DNA of 64,000 bases from assembly GCA_029961055.1 (NCBI GenBank), contig JASBVM010000012.1, forward strand, positions 55,741 through 119,740. The letters are read 5' to 3'. The notes below the pieces were generated by a model. The model saw nothing but the letters and a program-made list of their open reading frames with translations. It was not told the DNA's origin and did no database searches. Position numbers and translations under genes: made by a program. Shown piece by piece: positions 27,725-36,854 of the stretch (the first letter of the stretch is position 1; every line of letters starts with the position of its first letter). The stretch comes from Bacillota bacterium. GTDB taxonomy: Bacteria; Bacillota; Sulfobacillia; JAIMAT01.

Positions 27725-28711
27725 ATGCAAGTCCTGAAGATCACACCGCGCGGCTACTGCTACGGCGTGGCCGACGCGCTGACGCTGGCGCAGCGGGTGG
27801 CGGCCGACCCCCGGGTGCCGAGACCGATCCACGTCCTGGGCATGATCGTCCACAACCGGCATGTGGTCGACTGGCTGCGCACCCTGGGTGTGGTCACCCT
27901 GGAAGGAAGCAACCGGCTCCAGCTCCTGGAGCAGATCGACCGGGGGACGGTCATCTTCACCGCCCACGGCGTCTCCCCCGAGGTGAAGCGGCGGGCGCGG
28001 GAGAAGGGGCTGCACGTGGTCGACGCCACCTGCCCCGACGTGACCCGCACCCACGAGGTGATCCGCCGCAAGGTGGCGGAGGGTTACGAGATCGTCTACA
28101 TCGGCAAGAAGGGCCACCCCGAGCCCGAGGGAGCCATGGGCGAGGGCGGGGGCCACGTCCACCTGGTGGAGACCGAGCAGGACCTGGAGGCGCTGCCGAT
28201 CCCTCCCGGCAGGGAGAAGGTGGCGGTGGTCACCCAGACCACCCTCAGCCAGTGGGATACGGCCGCTCTGATCGCGCAGGTGCGCCGGCGCTTCCCCGCG
28301 GCCGAGGTCTTCAACGAGATCTGCCTCGCCACGCAACTCCGCCAGAAGGCGGCGGTAGAGGAGGGGCGCCGCTGCGACCTGGTGATCGTGGTGGGCGACG
28401 AACAGTCGAACAACTCCAACCGCCTGGTCGACGTGGTCCGCCAGATCGCCGGGCGCCCCGCCTACCGCATAGGCTACGTGGGCGAGATCGACCCGGCCTG
28501 GTTCCGAGGCGCCCGCTGCGTGGGCGTCACCGCCGGATCGTCGACGCCCAGCCAGATCGTCAACGAGGTGATCGCCTACCTCGAGGGCTTCGATCCGGAG
28601 GATCCGGCCACCTGGGAGCGGCGCAGCCGCCTCGAGGAGGGGCCGCTCGCCATCCTCCCCGCTGCCAGGCGGTCCTCGGAACCCTCGTCCGGCGGCGCCG
28701 GGGCGGCATAG
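27725..28711 (+). CDS. ispH: 4-hydroxy-3-methylbut-2-enyl diphosphate reductase
   Basis: RGYCYGV (Cys1), ...HGVSPEV..., ATCPDVTRTH, ...SNNSNRL... are conserved IspH/LytB blocks. A TATACT -10 box lies about 25 nt upstream. Confidence 0.9.
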   Translation: MQVLKITPRGYCYGVADALTLAQRVAADPRVPRPIHVLGMIVHNRHVVDWLRTLGVVTLEGSNRLQLLEQIDRGTVIFTAHGVSPEVKRRAREKGLHVVDATCPDVTRTHEVIRRKVAEGYEIVYIGKKGHPEPEGAMGEGGGHVHLVETEQDLEALPIPPGREKVAVVTQTTLSQWDTAALIAQVRRRFPAAEVFNEICLATQLRQKAAVEEGRRCDLVIVVGDEQSNNSNRLVDVVRQIAGRPAYRIGYVGEIDPAWFRGARCVGVTAGSSTPSQIVNEVIAYLEGFDPEDPATWERRSRLEEGPLAILPAARRSSEPSSGGAGAA

Positions 28712-28750
28712 GAGAGAGGGCGGCGGACGGAGAATGAGCCGCTCTGAGGA

Positions 28751-29413
28751 GTGATGCCGTTGTTCGTCCGCAACTTCTGGCGGACGGACATCCTTTCCGT
28801 CCGGGTCGAGACGACGGCCGACGAGGCGCTGGCGGTCCTGCAGGACACGGGCGTCACCTCGCTGCCGGTGACGCGGGGGAAGGAGCTGGTGGGCGTCATC
28901 ACCGCCCGTGCCGTCTACGACTGGGCGCTGGCCGGGCGCTTCCCGCCGGCCACCGTGGGCGACCTGATGGAGGAAGCGCCGGAACCGCTCCACCCCGACG
29001 ACGTGATCGAGGCGGTGGCCGTCCGCATGCTGGGCGAGCCCCTCAACTTCCTGCCCGTGGTGGACGAGGGCGGCGAGCTGATCGCCATCGTCACCCGGGA
29101 CGCCCTCATCGCCGAATTCGCCCGTCTCTTCGGCGCGGGCGAGGAGAACACGCGCTTCACCCTGGCGGCCGTGGAGCGACCCGGCCAACTGGAGCGGATC
29201 GCCCGCATCGTGGGCGCCCACGGCGGGAACATCACCCACGTGGTCACCCACCGGGCGGAGCGCGCCGGCGCCTACCTGATCATGCTCCGGGTCGACGTCG
29301 AGAGCCCCGGCGCCCTGGCCAAGGCCTTCGCCGAGGCAGGCTTCGGCGTCGTCGACGTCTTCAACTTCCGGAACGGCCGCCGGATCGGACTGGCCACGTC
29401 CCCGCAGGAGTGA
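28751..29413 (+). CDS. CBS-pair plus ACT domain protein (AcuB-like)
   Basis: Two CBS motifs (VTSLPVTRGKELVGVITARAV; PLNFLPVVDEGGELIAIVTRDAL) followed by a C-terminal ACT-like fold. Confidence 0.7.
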   Translation: MMPLFVRNFWRTDILSVRVETTADEALAVLQDTGVTSLPVTRGKELVGVITARAVYDWALAGRFPPATVGDLMEEAPEPLHPDDVIEAVAVRMLGEPLNFLPVVDEGGELIAIVTRDALIAEFARLFGAGEENTRFTLAAVERPGQLERIARIVGAHGGNITHVVTHRAERAGAYLIMLRVDVESPGALAKAFAEAGFGVVDVFNFRNGRRIGLATSPQE

Positions 29414-29449
29414 TCGCCCGGAGGCCGGGCCTCCGGGCGATCCCCCGAT

Positions 29450-31519
29450 CTAGCCGCGTGGACCCGCCAGGTACTCTTCGAACCAGCCGACGATCCTTTC
29501 CAGCCGGTCGACCCGGTGCCACGGCTTCCCCGAGCGGGAGAGCTCGTGGCTCTCCCCCGGGTAGCGGACGAAGCGGACGGTCCTGCCCAGTTTCTTCAGG
29601 GCCGCGTAGAGCTGCTCCCCCTGTTCGATGGGGCATCGCCAGTCGTTCTCCGCATGGAGGATGAGGAGAGGCGTCCGGATCCGGTCCACGTACGTGAGCG
29701 GCGACATCCGCCGGTAGGGCTCCGGGTCGCGCCAGGGCAGCGCCCCGCCGAACATCTCGTCGTCCAGGAAGCCGAAGTCGCCGGAACCGAAGTCGCTCTC
29801 CCAGTTGACGACGCTGCGCATGGTGACGGCGGCGCGGAAGCGGTCGGTGTGGCTGACCGCCCAGTTGGTCATGAAGCCGCCGTAGCTTCCTCCCGCGATG
29901 CCCACCCGCTCGGGGTCGAGGCCGCCCCGGGCGAGGCCCGCGTCCAGCAGGGCCATCACGTCCTCGAAGTCGTCCGTCCCCCAGCGGCCGTGGATCGAGT
30001 TCCGGAAGGCCTCGCCGTACCCCTCGGAGCCGCGCGGGTTGGACCAGAGGACGGCGAAGCCGCGGGCGCGGAGGAGCTGGAACTCGAAGAAGAAGGCGCC
30101 CGTGTACATGGCCGCGGGGCCTCCGTGCACCTCCAGCACCGCCGGCACGGGCCGGGCCTGCGGACCGTTGTCCGCCGGCCGGAGGAGCCAGCCGTCGACC
30201 TCCGGGCTCCCGGGCTTCGCCCGGAAGGTGAAGTGCTCGGGTGCGCCCAGGTCGACGGAGTCGAGGAGCTCCGCGTTGATCCGCGTCAACCGCCGCAGTC
30301 CCTCCTCGTCCGGACGGCCGCGCCAGAGGTCGCAGGGCGTCCGTGCGTCCGTGCCGAGGGCGACGAAGAAGGAACGGTCGCGCGGCCAGGCCACGCCGAA
30401 AAGGCTCGGTTCCTCCGGCGTCAGCGCCTCCGCCCGGCCGTCCGCCACCGCCAGGCCGAAGAGCCGCGTGCTGCCGCGATCGGAGACCAGCGCGTAGATC
30501 CGGCCCCCGTCGGCGGACCAGGCGAGGCGGGCCCCGCCGTCGTGACCGCGGGTGTCGCCGATCGAGGCGTCCAGAAAGGAGCGGTCGGTGCCGCCGCTCA
30601 GGGAGCGGGCGGGCGAGGAACCGTCGGCGGCGACCAGCCAGACCTCGGCGTTCCCCTGCGAGCCGTCGGGGTGCTTCCGCGAGAAGAGATAGGCGATCCG
30701 CGCGCCGTCCGGCGACCAGGAGGGCGACCCGACCCCGCCCCCGCCCGCGCTCAGCCGGCGTGGCTCGCCTCCCTCCGCCGGGACCACGTAGAGGTCGGTC
30801 AGGTCCGGATGCATGTCGTCGCGCCGGGAGACGTAGGCCACCTGCCGGCCGTCCGGCGAGGGCGCCGCCTCCTCGTCGTCGTACTCGCCCGGCCCGGTCA
30901 GCCGTCGCAGCCGCTCGGGCCCGGCCGGCTCCCCGTCGGCCGGCATCTCCGCCAGGTCCAACAGGAAGAGGTGGGAGCGCTCCTGGAAGATGTAGCCCAC
31001 GGTGTCGATGCGGTAGAAGATCCGGTCGATGACGCGGACGTCGCGGGTGTAGCGCTCCCGCTGGGCGCCCGCCTCCTCCGGGAGGGGGCCCTCTTCCTTG
31101 GGATCGGGCGGTTCGGGGCCGTCGCGGCCCTCGCGGACGGTGAGGAGGAGGCGCCGCTCGTCCAGCCAGGCGAAGTCGGTGATCCCCTTCACCCGCGTCA
31201 GCTGTCGCGCCTCGCCGCCGCCTGCCGGCATCAGCCAGATCTGGTCGGAGCCGGAGCGGTCGGAGAAGAAGGCGACCTGCCGCCCCCCGGGCGAGAAGCA
31301 CGGGTGGCGGTCGCGGCCCTCCTCCGGCGGGTTGGTCCAGGGCAGCGGGGTTCCGCCCTCCAGGGGATCGACGGCGATCAGGCGGGAGCGGTACCGGTTC
31401 CGGCGGGGATCGACGGTGGTCTCGACGGCGAGAAGCCGGGAGCCGTCCGGCGACAGCTCCGGCTCCCCCAGGAAGCGGAGCCGCAGGAGATCCTCCGCTT
31501 CCAGAGCTCGCAACGGCAT
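29450..31519 (-). CDS. S9 family serine peptidase (prolyl oligopeptidase/acylaminoacyl-peptidase-like) with N-terminal beta-propeller
   Basis: C-terminal GIAGGSYGGFMT nucleophile elbow plus the D and H of the triad; propeller repeats (SPDG.). Confidence 0.85.
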   Translation of the reverse strand: MPLRALEAEDLLRLRFLGEPELSPDGSRLLAVETTVDPRRNRYRSRLIAVDPLEGGTPLPWTNPPEEGRDRHPCFSPGGRQVAFFSDRSGSDQIWLMPAGGGEARQLTRVKGITDFAWLDERRLLLTVREGRDGPEPPDPKEEGPLPEEAGAQRERYTRDVRVIDRIFYRIDTVGYIFQERSHLFLLDLAEMPADGEPAGPERLRRLTGPGEYDDEEAAPSPDGRQVAYVSRRDDMHPDLTDLYVVPAEGGEPRRLSAGGGGVGSPSWSPDGARIAYLFSRKHPDGSQGNAEVWLVAADGSSPARSLSGGTDRSFLDASIGDTRGHDGGARLAWSADGGRIYALVSDRGSTRLFGLAVADGRAEALTPEEPSLFGVAWPRDRSFFVALGTDARTPCDLWRGRPDEEGLRRLTRINAELLDSVDLGAPEHFTFRAKPGSPEVDGWLLRPADNGPQARPVPAVLEVHGGPAAMYTGAFFFEFQLLRARGFAVLWSNPRGSEGYGEAFRNSIHGRWGTDDFEDVMALLDAGLARGGLDPERVGIAGGSYGGFMTNWAVSHTDRFRAAVTMRSVVNWESDFGSGDFGFLDDEMFGGALPWRDPEPYRRMSPLTYVDRIRTPLLILHAENDWRCPIEQGEQLYAALKKLGRTVRFVRYPGESHELSRSGKPWHRVDRLERIVGWFEEYLAGPRG

Positions 31520-31523
31520 AGCT

Positions 31524-32498
31524 TCACCCCTTTCCCCCCGAGCCTACCACGCCGTTGCCACCGCCGCCCCGGCCCGTCGGACCCTCCATCTCCAGGAGGC
31601 CGAGGAGCGAGGCGAGGACCGCCGGCGGCCGGATCACCTCCATGCACACCTTCCACGGGCATTCCCAGTCAAGCGGCTGTTCCATGCAATTGAGCCCGCA
31701 GGCCCCCTGGACGGGGAGGGCGTTGGGGTAGGGAGGCGCCCAGAGCCAGGCCTGGGCGGGACCGAAGAGGACCACCGTGGGGCGCCCCTGGACGGCGGCC
31801 AGATGGGCGAGACCGTTGTCCACGGCGACCATCGCCCGTGCCGCGCTGATCAGGTCGAGCGTTCCCAGGATGCCGGCCTTGCCCAGGCGGGGCAGCCCCG
31901 CGCGGGCCAGCTCTGCCACCTGATGGGAATAGGCTTCCTCCGGGCGGCCGACCACGGCGACGCGCCAGCCGCGCCCCTCCAGGCCCGCCGCCAGCTCCAG
32001 CCAGTGGGCCGTCGGCCAGAGCTTGTTCAGCCGCCGGCCTCCCGGGGCCAGGAGGAGAAGGCGGTCCAGGTCGGCGGGATCGATCCCCGCCTCGCGCAGC
32101 TCCCCGGCCGCCGGCGGGCGGCGGACCAGCTCGGGCCGCCCGGGAGCGGGCGGGAAGCCGAAGATCCGCTCCAGCACCCGGAGCATGTGGATGGGGCCGA
32201 AGGCGCGGGTGAAGGCCTCCGAGCCCCACCACCAGCGCCGTTGCAGGGGGTGCTCGCGGAGGTCGAAGAAACGGATCCCGGCCGGGGCCCCCCCGCCTCG
32301 CCGGCGACCGCGCTCCGCCAGGAACCGTTCCACGGTCACCGTCCGGTCGACCCAGGGCGCCCGGGTGAGGAGCTCCGCCTGCACGGGGGAGGGGCAGGCC
32401 ACGACCAGCTCCCCCTCCTCCCCCAGGCGCCGGAGGAAGGGGAGGGTGAGCGCCAGGTCGCCGATCCCGGCACCGTAGAGGCGGACCCAGCTCGCCCT
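31524..32498 (-). CDS. Glycosyltransferase family 9 (heptosyltransferase-like); start codon unresolved
   Basis: VRLYGAGIGDLALTLPFLRRL (N-terminal GT9 motif) ... VAVDNGLAHLAAVQGRPTVVLFGP (C-terminal GT9 motif). No ATG/GTG/TTG lies in frame in the 62 nt between the trpP stop and the conserved N-terminus. Confidence 0.6.
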   Translation of the reverse strand, partial: RASWVRLYGAGIGDLALTLPFLRRLGEEGELVVACPSPVQAELLTRAPWVDRTVTVERFLAERGRRRGGGAPAGIRFFDLREHPLQRRWWWGSEAFTRAFGPIHMLRVLERIFGFPPAPGRPELVRRPPAAGELREAGIDPADLDRLLLLAPGGRRLNKLWPTAHWLELAAGLEGRGWRVAVVGRPEEAYSHQVAELARAGLPRLGKAGILGTLDLISAARAMVAVDNGLAHLAAVQGRPTVVLFGPAQAWLWAPPYPNALPVQGACGLNCMEQPLDWECPWKVCMEVIRPPAVLASLLGLLEMEGPTGRGGGGNGVVGSGGKG

Positions 32499-32551
32499 GG
32501 CGCTCCCTGAATCCGTGCCGCTCGCCTCCTGCGCCGGCGACCGGACCGCCC

Positions 32552-33127
32552 TCAGCGACCCGGGCCCTGGAGGGCCGGGGAGCCGGTCAGGCGGCGCGCG
32601 GCGCGGGCGACGGGATAGAGGACGGCCACCACCACCGCGTTGGCCAGCGCGGCGGGCAGGACCACCGCCAGCAGCGTGGCGGGGAAGGCCGCCGCCGGGA
32701 AGACGCCCAGCACCATCGCCGTGCTCAGGAAGACCGTCCCGCTGATCAGCGTGCCGAGGACCGCCACCCCGATCGAGAGCAGGTTGGGCTGAAGCCGCGA
32801 GAAGAGCCGGATGAGGCCGACCAGCACCAGGGTGGTGACCAGTTTGTCCACCAGGTTGGGGATCTGGCCGCCGGGCATGCTGGTGGTGATGGCGGTGATG
32901 GCGCCCGCGGCCAGCCCGGCCGCCACGTCCAGCGTCACGTTCCGGTAGAGGAGCAGGATGATGAAGAGCATGCCCAGCACCAGGTCCGGCTTGACGCCCG
33001 CGTACAGGGCCGGCGTCACCACGTGGAGGACGTAGCCCACGGCCAGGAGGACCGCGGCCGTCACCAGGTCGACGACGCGCAGCGCCTCCCCCGGACCGCC
33101 CTCGCCTTGCCGCATCGCGCTCTGCAT
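32552..33127 (-). CDS. trpP: TrpP-family tryptophan transporter (ECF S-component-like)
   Basis: GVKPDLVLGMLFIILLLYRNVTLDVAAGLAAGAITAITTSMPGGQIPNLVDK aligns with B. subtilis TrpP/YhaG (GMKPDMMLTMMF...TAFPGGQLPNIIDK). AAGGAGGT RBS. Confidence 0.8.
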   Translation of the reverse strand: MQSAMRQGEGGPGEALRVVDLVTAAVLLAVGYVLHVVTPALYAGVKPDLVLGMLFIILLLYRNVTLDVAAGLAAGAITAITTSMPGGQIPNLVDKLVTTLVLVGLIRLFSRLQPNLLSIGVAVLGTLISGTVFLSTAMVLGVFPAAAFPATLLAVVLPAALANAVVVAVLYPVARAARRLTGSPALQGPGR

Positions 33128-33244
33128 CGCCGTCCGACCTCCTTGGGCCCGGCGTCCGACCGGAGCCCTGTAGAAGAGACCGCCACCGCCCCGCCGGCCT
33201 CCACCGGCCCCCGCAGATGGGAGGGCGGGCGCGCCGGCCCCGGG

Positions 33245-33590
33245 TCCCCCGGATGCAAAAGGCTCCGTCCCTTGCGGGACGGAGCCTTCCGTGGTGCCAC
33301 CCGGCTTCGCCGCCCGGAGGCGGCGCGCTCGACGGCGGCCCGCCTGCCGCGCGGCCCGGCCGGGGCCGGGCGTCGCGGTGGATGGAGCCGCCTCCCCCTC
33401 TATCGGCGGGGTCCCCGCCGGGCTCCCTCTCTCGTCCAGCCTGGGCTGCACGGAGGTTCGGCCCGGAGGCTCGCGGGTCCATTCGCCGGCTTCCCCGCGC
33501 CGGTTTCCAGCTTCCCGGCTCTCTGGGGCGGGGGTGCTCCGGGTACTCTTCCCGGTCATCGCCTGCTTCGGTCGCGGTGCGGTTATCAGT
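33245..33590 (-). promoter_or_regulatory. T-box riboswitch leader (Trp specifier) controlling trpP
   Basis: On the minus strand: Stem I with AGAGAG distal motif and a 3'-side specifier loop GAAUGGA (UGG codon plus purine). T-box sequence GGGUGGCACCACGG (consensus GGGUGGNACCGCGG; N=C fits G73 of tRNA-Trp) at 33302-33289. Terminator AAGGCUCCGUCCC-gcaa-GGGACGGAGCCUUUUG at 33288-33257. Leader is about 340 nt. Confidence 0.6.
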
Positions 33591-33593
33591 CCC

Positions 33594-33624
33594 ACTATGC
33601 TCTTCCGGCCCATGCCCTGTCAAC
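33594..33624 (-). promoter_or_regulatory. Sigma-A promoter for the T-box/trpP transcript (TTGACA-18 nt-CATAGT)
   Basis: Perfect -35 hexamer and a 4/6 -10 on the minus strand immediately upstream of the predicted leader. Confidence 0.4.
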
Positions 33625-33688
33625 ACGCCGGCGGCTGCTGCAGATCCGCGTGCCACCCGTGGTAAGCTCTGGCGCAGGAGGGATCGGC

Positions 33689-33988
33689 ATGTTGGGAGCA
33701 GGCAGAAGGTGGCTTCGTCGTGCCGCCGGGCTCACCTTCGCCGCGGGCTTGGTCGCCAGCACCACGCTGGGGGCGGCCGCCGGGGCCGCGGTGGGCGCGG
33801 GCCTGCGCGAGCTGGGCCGCACCCGGCACCGGCGCGGGGAATTCGAGGACGAGGAGTTCCGGCGCCGGTTCCGCGAGTTCCGCCGGCGCATGGGCCACGC
33901 CTTCGAGGTCTGGCGCGACCCGCTGCCGGAGGAGCGGGGCGGGTCGGAAGGGTACCGGCCCTCCATCGAGCCCGAGGACGACGTCTGA
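33689..33988 (+). CDS. Hypothetical small membrane-anchored protein with highly charged C-terminus (100 aa)
   Basis: GCAGGAGGG RBS then ATG. One TM segment (LTFAAGLVASTTLGAAAGAAVGAG), then an RR/EE-rich tail. Ends 12 nt before the ubiB-like gene. Confidence 0.45.
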   Translation: MLGAGRRWLRRAAGLTFAAGLVASTTLGAAAGAAVGAGLRELGRTRHRRGEFEDEEFRRRFREFRRRMGHAFEVWRDPLPEERGGSEGYRPSIEPEDDV

Positions 33989-34000
33989 GCCGATCGCCCG

Positions 34001-35731
34001 GTGAACGCCCTGCGTCGCAGCGCGACCGTCCTGGCGCTGGTCGCCGGCATCGCGCTGGAGTGGCTTTGGGTGGCGGCCCTTCACCGCCTGGGCCGGAGGG
34101 AGCAGGCGAGCCGCGTCGCCGCCCGTCTCCTGCCGGTCCAGGCGCGGCGGCTGCGCCGCGCCGCCCTGCGCCTCCAGGGGCTCCTGATCAAGGTCGGCCA
34201 GTTCCTGAGCACGCGGATCGACGTCTTGCCCGAATCCTTCACCAGCGAGCTGGCCGCCCTCCAGGACGTCGTCCCGGCCGCACCCTGGGAGGCGATCCGG
34301 CTTCGCCTGCAACAGGCTTACGGCCCTCCGGACTCGTGGCCTTTCGCGCGCGTGGAGCAGGAAGCGGTGGCCGCCGCCTCGCTGGCCCAGGTCCACCGCG
34401 CCTGGCTCGACGACGGGCGCCTCCTGGCGCTCAAGATCCTCCGGCCCGGCATCGAGCGGATGGTCGAGACCGACCTCTGGTCGCTGGGCGTGGCCGCCCG
34501 CCTGGCCGCCCGCTGGACCTCGTGGGGACGGCGCTACGACCTGCTCCGGATCTACCAGGAGTTCCGCGAGACCACCCTGGCCGAGCTCGACCTGCTCGGC
34601 GAGGCGGACCGCGCGCTCCGCTTCGCCGCCGACTTCGCCGGCCGGCGAGGCATCCGCGTCCCCCGCATCCACCGGGAGCTCTCCACCCGCACCACCCTGG
34701 CGATGAGCTACGAGGAAGGGATCCCCTGCGACGACGTGCGCGCCCTGGAAGCGGCGGGCATCGACCCGCGCCGGGTCGCCCACCGCCTGGTCCGCGCCAC
34801 CATGCGCCAGATCCTGGATCACGGCTTCTTCCACGCCGACCCCCATCCGGGCAACGTCTTCGTCACCTCCGGGGGCGCCCTGCTCTACCTCGACTTCGGC
34901 ATGATGGGCGAGGTCCGCCCCGAGGACCGGGAGGGGGTGGCCCACCTGCTCCTCTCGCTCCTGGGGCGGGATCCCGAGGGGATCGCCCAGGCGGTGGTCG
35001 AGCTGGACTTCGTCCGCCCGGGTGTCGACCGTGAGGCGCTTCGCCAGACCATGGCCTTCGCCATGGAGCGCCTCCTCTCCGCCAACACCGCCGAGGACCC
35101 CGAGGCCTTCGTCCGCTTCACCCACGAGATGGGCGACTTTCTCTACGCGCATCCCTTCCAGTTGCCGGCCCGCTACCTCTTCCTCGGGCGGGCGCTGGGC
35201 ATGGTCGCCGGCACCTTCACCAGGCTGGCGCCGGGAGAGGACTTCATGGGCACCGTCCTGGAAGCGGGCCGCGAGCTCCTGCTGGGGAACGGCACCATCG
35301 CCCGCGGACTGGCGGGCGCCCTCCTCCCCGTGCGCGCCGGCTCCGCCGCGACGGCCGGCGCGGATCCGCCCTCCTCCCGCCCCGCAGGCGCCGGTGACCG
35401 CCTCCCCGGGCAGGTGCTCCTCGGCATCCTCCAGCCGTGGCTCCGCCTCCCCCGCACGCTGGAGACGATCCAGCGCACCCTCTCGGCGCAGGAAGCGCGG
35501 CAGAACCCCGCCTTCGCGGCCCATGCGGCCGAGGCCGGGGCCCGCACCCGGCCGGTCGAAGCGCGGCTGGTCGACCGCCTCGTCTGGGCCTGGTGGGCCG
35601 GCCTCCTCGGCCTCGTCCTCCTCTTCGGCCCGGCCGCCGGCGGGCTCGCCGCCGAGCCGCACTTCCGCCTGGGCGCCGCGGTGGCGGAGGCGGGAGCCCT
35701 CTTCCTGTGGCTGAGGACCTACCGGCGCTAG
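34001..35731 (+). CDS. ABC1/UbiB-family atypical protein kinase
   Basis: LIKVGQFLSTRIDVLP, ...AAASLAQVHRA..., HADPHPGN catalytic motif, C-terminal TM helices; GTG start. Confidence 0.85.
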   Translation: MNALRRSATVLALVAGIALEWLWVAALHRLGRREQASRVAARLLPVQARRLRRAALRLQGLLIKVGQFLSTRIDVLPESFTSELAALQDVVPAAPWEAIRLRLQQAYGPPDSWPFARVEQEAVAAASLAQVHRAWLDDGRLLALKILRPGIERMVETDLWSLGVAARLAARWTSWGRRYDLLRIYQEFRETTLAELDLLGEADRALRFAADFAGRRGIRVPRIHRELSTRTTLAMSYEEGIPCDDVRALEAAGIDPRRVAHRLVRATMRQILDHGFFHADPHPGNVFVTSGGALLYLDFGMMGEVRPEDREGVAHLLLSLLGRDPEGIAQAVVELDFVRPGVDREALRQTMAFAMERLLSANTAEDPEAFVRFTHEMGDFLYAHPFQLPARYLFLGRALGMVAGTFTRLAPGEDFMGTVLEAGRELLLGNGTIARGLAGALLPVRAGSAATAGADPPSSRPAGAGDRLPGQVLLGILQPWLRLPRTLETIQRTLSAQEARQNPAFAAHAAEAGARTRPVEARLVDRLVWAWWAGLLGLVLLFGPAAGGLAAEPHFRLGAAVAEAGALFLWLRTYRR

Positions 35732-35819
35732 GCCGGGACCGGTTCTACCGCCTGGTATAGAGGGGCGACGCCGCCTCTCCCGAATCCCGCGGACGAAGCA
35801 GGGGAGAGGGGGCCGTCGC

Positions 35820-36854
35820 ATGCCGGAGCCCGACCGACCGGTGCGGGTGGCGCTGGACGCGTTCTCCGGCGATCACGCGCCCGGGGAGCTGGTGGCCGGT
35901 GCCCTGGCGGCGCTGGAGGAAGAGCCGGGTCTGGAGGTCCTGCTGGTGGGACCGGGACCGCTCCTCCGCGAGGAGATCGAACGCCGCGGAGGAAGCGCCT
36001 GGCTCCGGTCGGGCCGGCTCCACCCGGTGGAGGCGGCGCGCCGCGTCGAGGAGGGCGAGAGCCCGGTGCGGCTGATCCAGCGGGATCCGGAGCTCTCCGT
36101 GGCCGTGACCGCGCGCCTGGTCCGCGACGGGCGGGCGGACGCGGGCGTCTCCGTCGGCCACACGGGCGCCACCCTGGCCGCGGCGACGCTGATCCTCGGG
36201 CTCCTGCCGGGGATCGAGCGCCCGGCGGCCGGTCTCGCGCTCCCCTTCGCCCCCCACACCTTCCTGGTCGACCTGGGGCCCAACGTGGACGTGACGGCCA
36301 GGCACCTGCTGGACTTCGCCCGCATGGGGGTCGTCTACGCCCAGACCTTCCTGGGCGTGCGCGAACCCACCGTGGCGCTCCTCGCCAACGGGCAGGAACG
36401 CGGGAAGGGGAACCGGCAGACCCGCGCCGCCTACGAGCTGCTGGAGCGGAGCGGCCTCCGCTTCCGCGGCTACGTGGAGGGGCAGGACGTGGTCCTGGGC
36501 AGCGCCGACGTGGTCGTGGTCGACGGCTTCACCGGCAACATCCTGCTCAAGTTCCTGGAGGGGCTGGCCGCTTACCTGGCCGGACGGCTGCGGGCGGCGG
36601 TGGCCGGGGCGGGACTGGCGCCGGCCGGGGAGCTGGGACGGCTGCTCGACCTGCTGGAGCAGCTGAGCGACGCCACGCAGCTGCCGAGCGTGCCCGTCCT
36701 GCTCGGCGTCGACGGGCTCTTCCTGCCCGGGCACGGGCGCTCCCGCGCAGCGCAGGTCCGGCACCTGCTGCGATCTGCCGCGGAAGCCGTGCGCAACGGC
36801 CTTCTGCCGCGGCTTCGGGAGGCTTTGCGATCCGAGGAGGCGATGCGGGGATGA
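35820..36854 (+). CDS. plsX: Phosphate acyltransferase PlsX
   Basis: RVALDAFSGDHAP, ...VSVGHTGA..., VVVVDGFTGNILLK conserved PlsX blocks. Confidence 0.9.
   Translation: MPEPDRPVRVALDAFSGDHAPGELVAGALAALEEEPGLEVLLVGPGPLLREEIERRGGSAWLRSGRLHPVEAARRVEEGESPVRLIQRDPELSVAVTARLVRDGRADAGVSVGHTGATLAAATLILGLLPGIERPAAGLALPFAPHTFLVDLGPNVDVTARHLLDFARMGVVYAQTFLGVREPTVALLANGQERGKGNRQTRAAYELLERSGLRFRGYVEGQDVVLGSADVVVVDGFTGNILLKFLEGLAAYLAGRLRAAVAGAGLAPAGELGRLLDLLEQLSDATQLPSVPVLLGVDGLFLPGHGRSRAAQVRHLLRSAAEAVRNGLLPRLREALRSEEAMRG

Noticed and set aside
33646-33660. Second T-box-like motif ACGGGTGGCACGCGG on the minus strand
   Set aside because: It lies upstream of the predicted promoter of the T-box leader and lacks an adjacent terminator or antiterminator. 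Probably coincidental in GC-rich DNA.
33620-35821. 733-aa minus ORF antisense to the UbiB kinase gene
   Set aside because: Antisense artefact. The plus-strand frame has the diagnostic kinase motifs.
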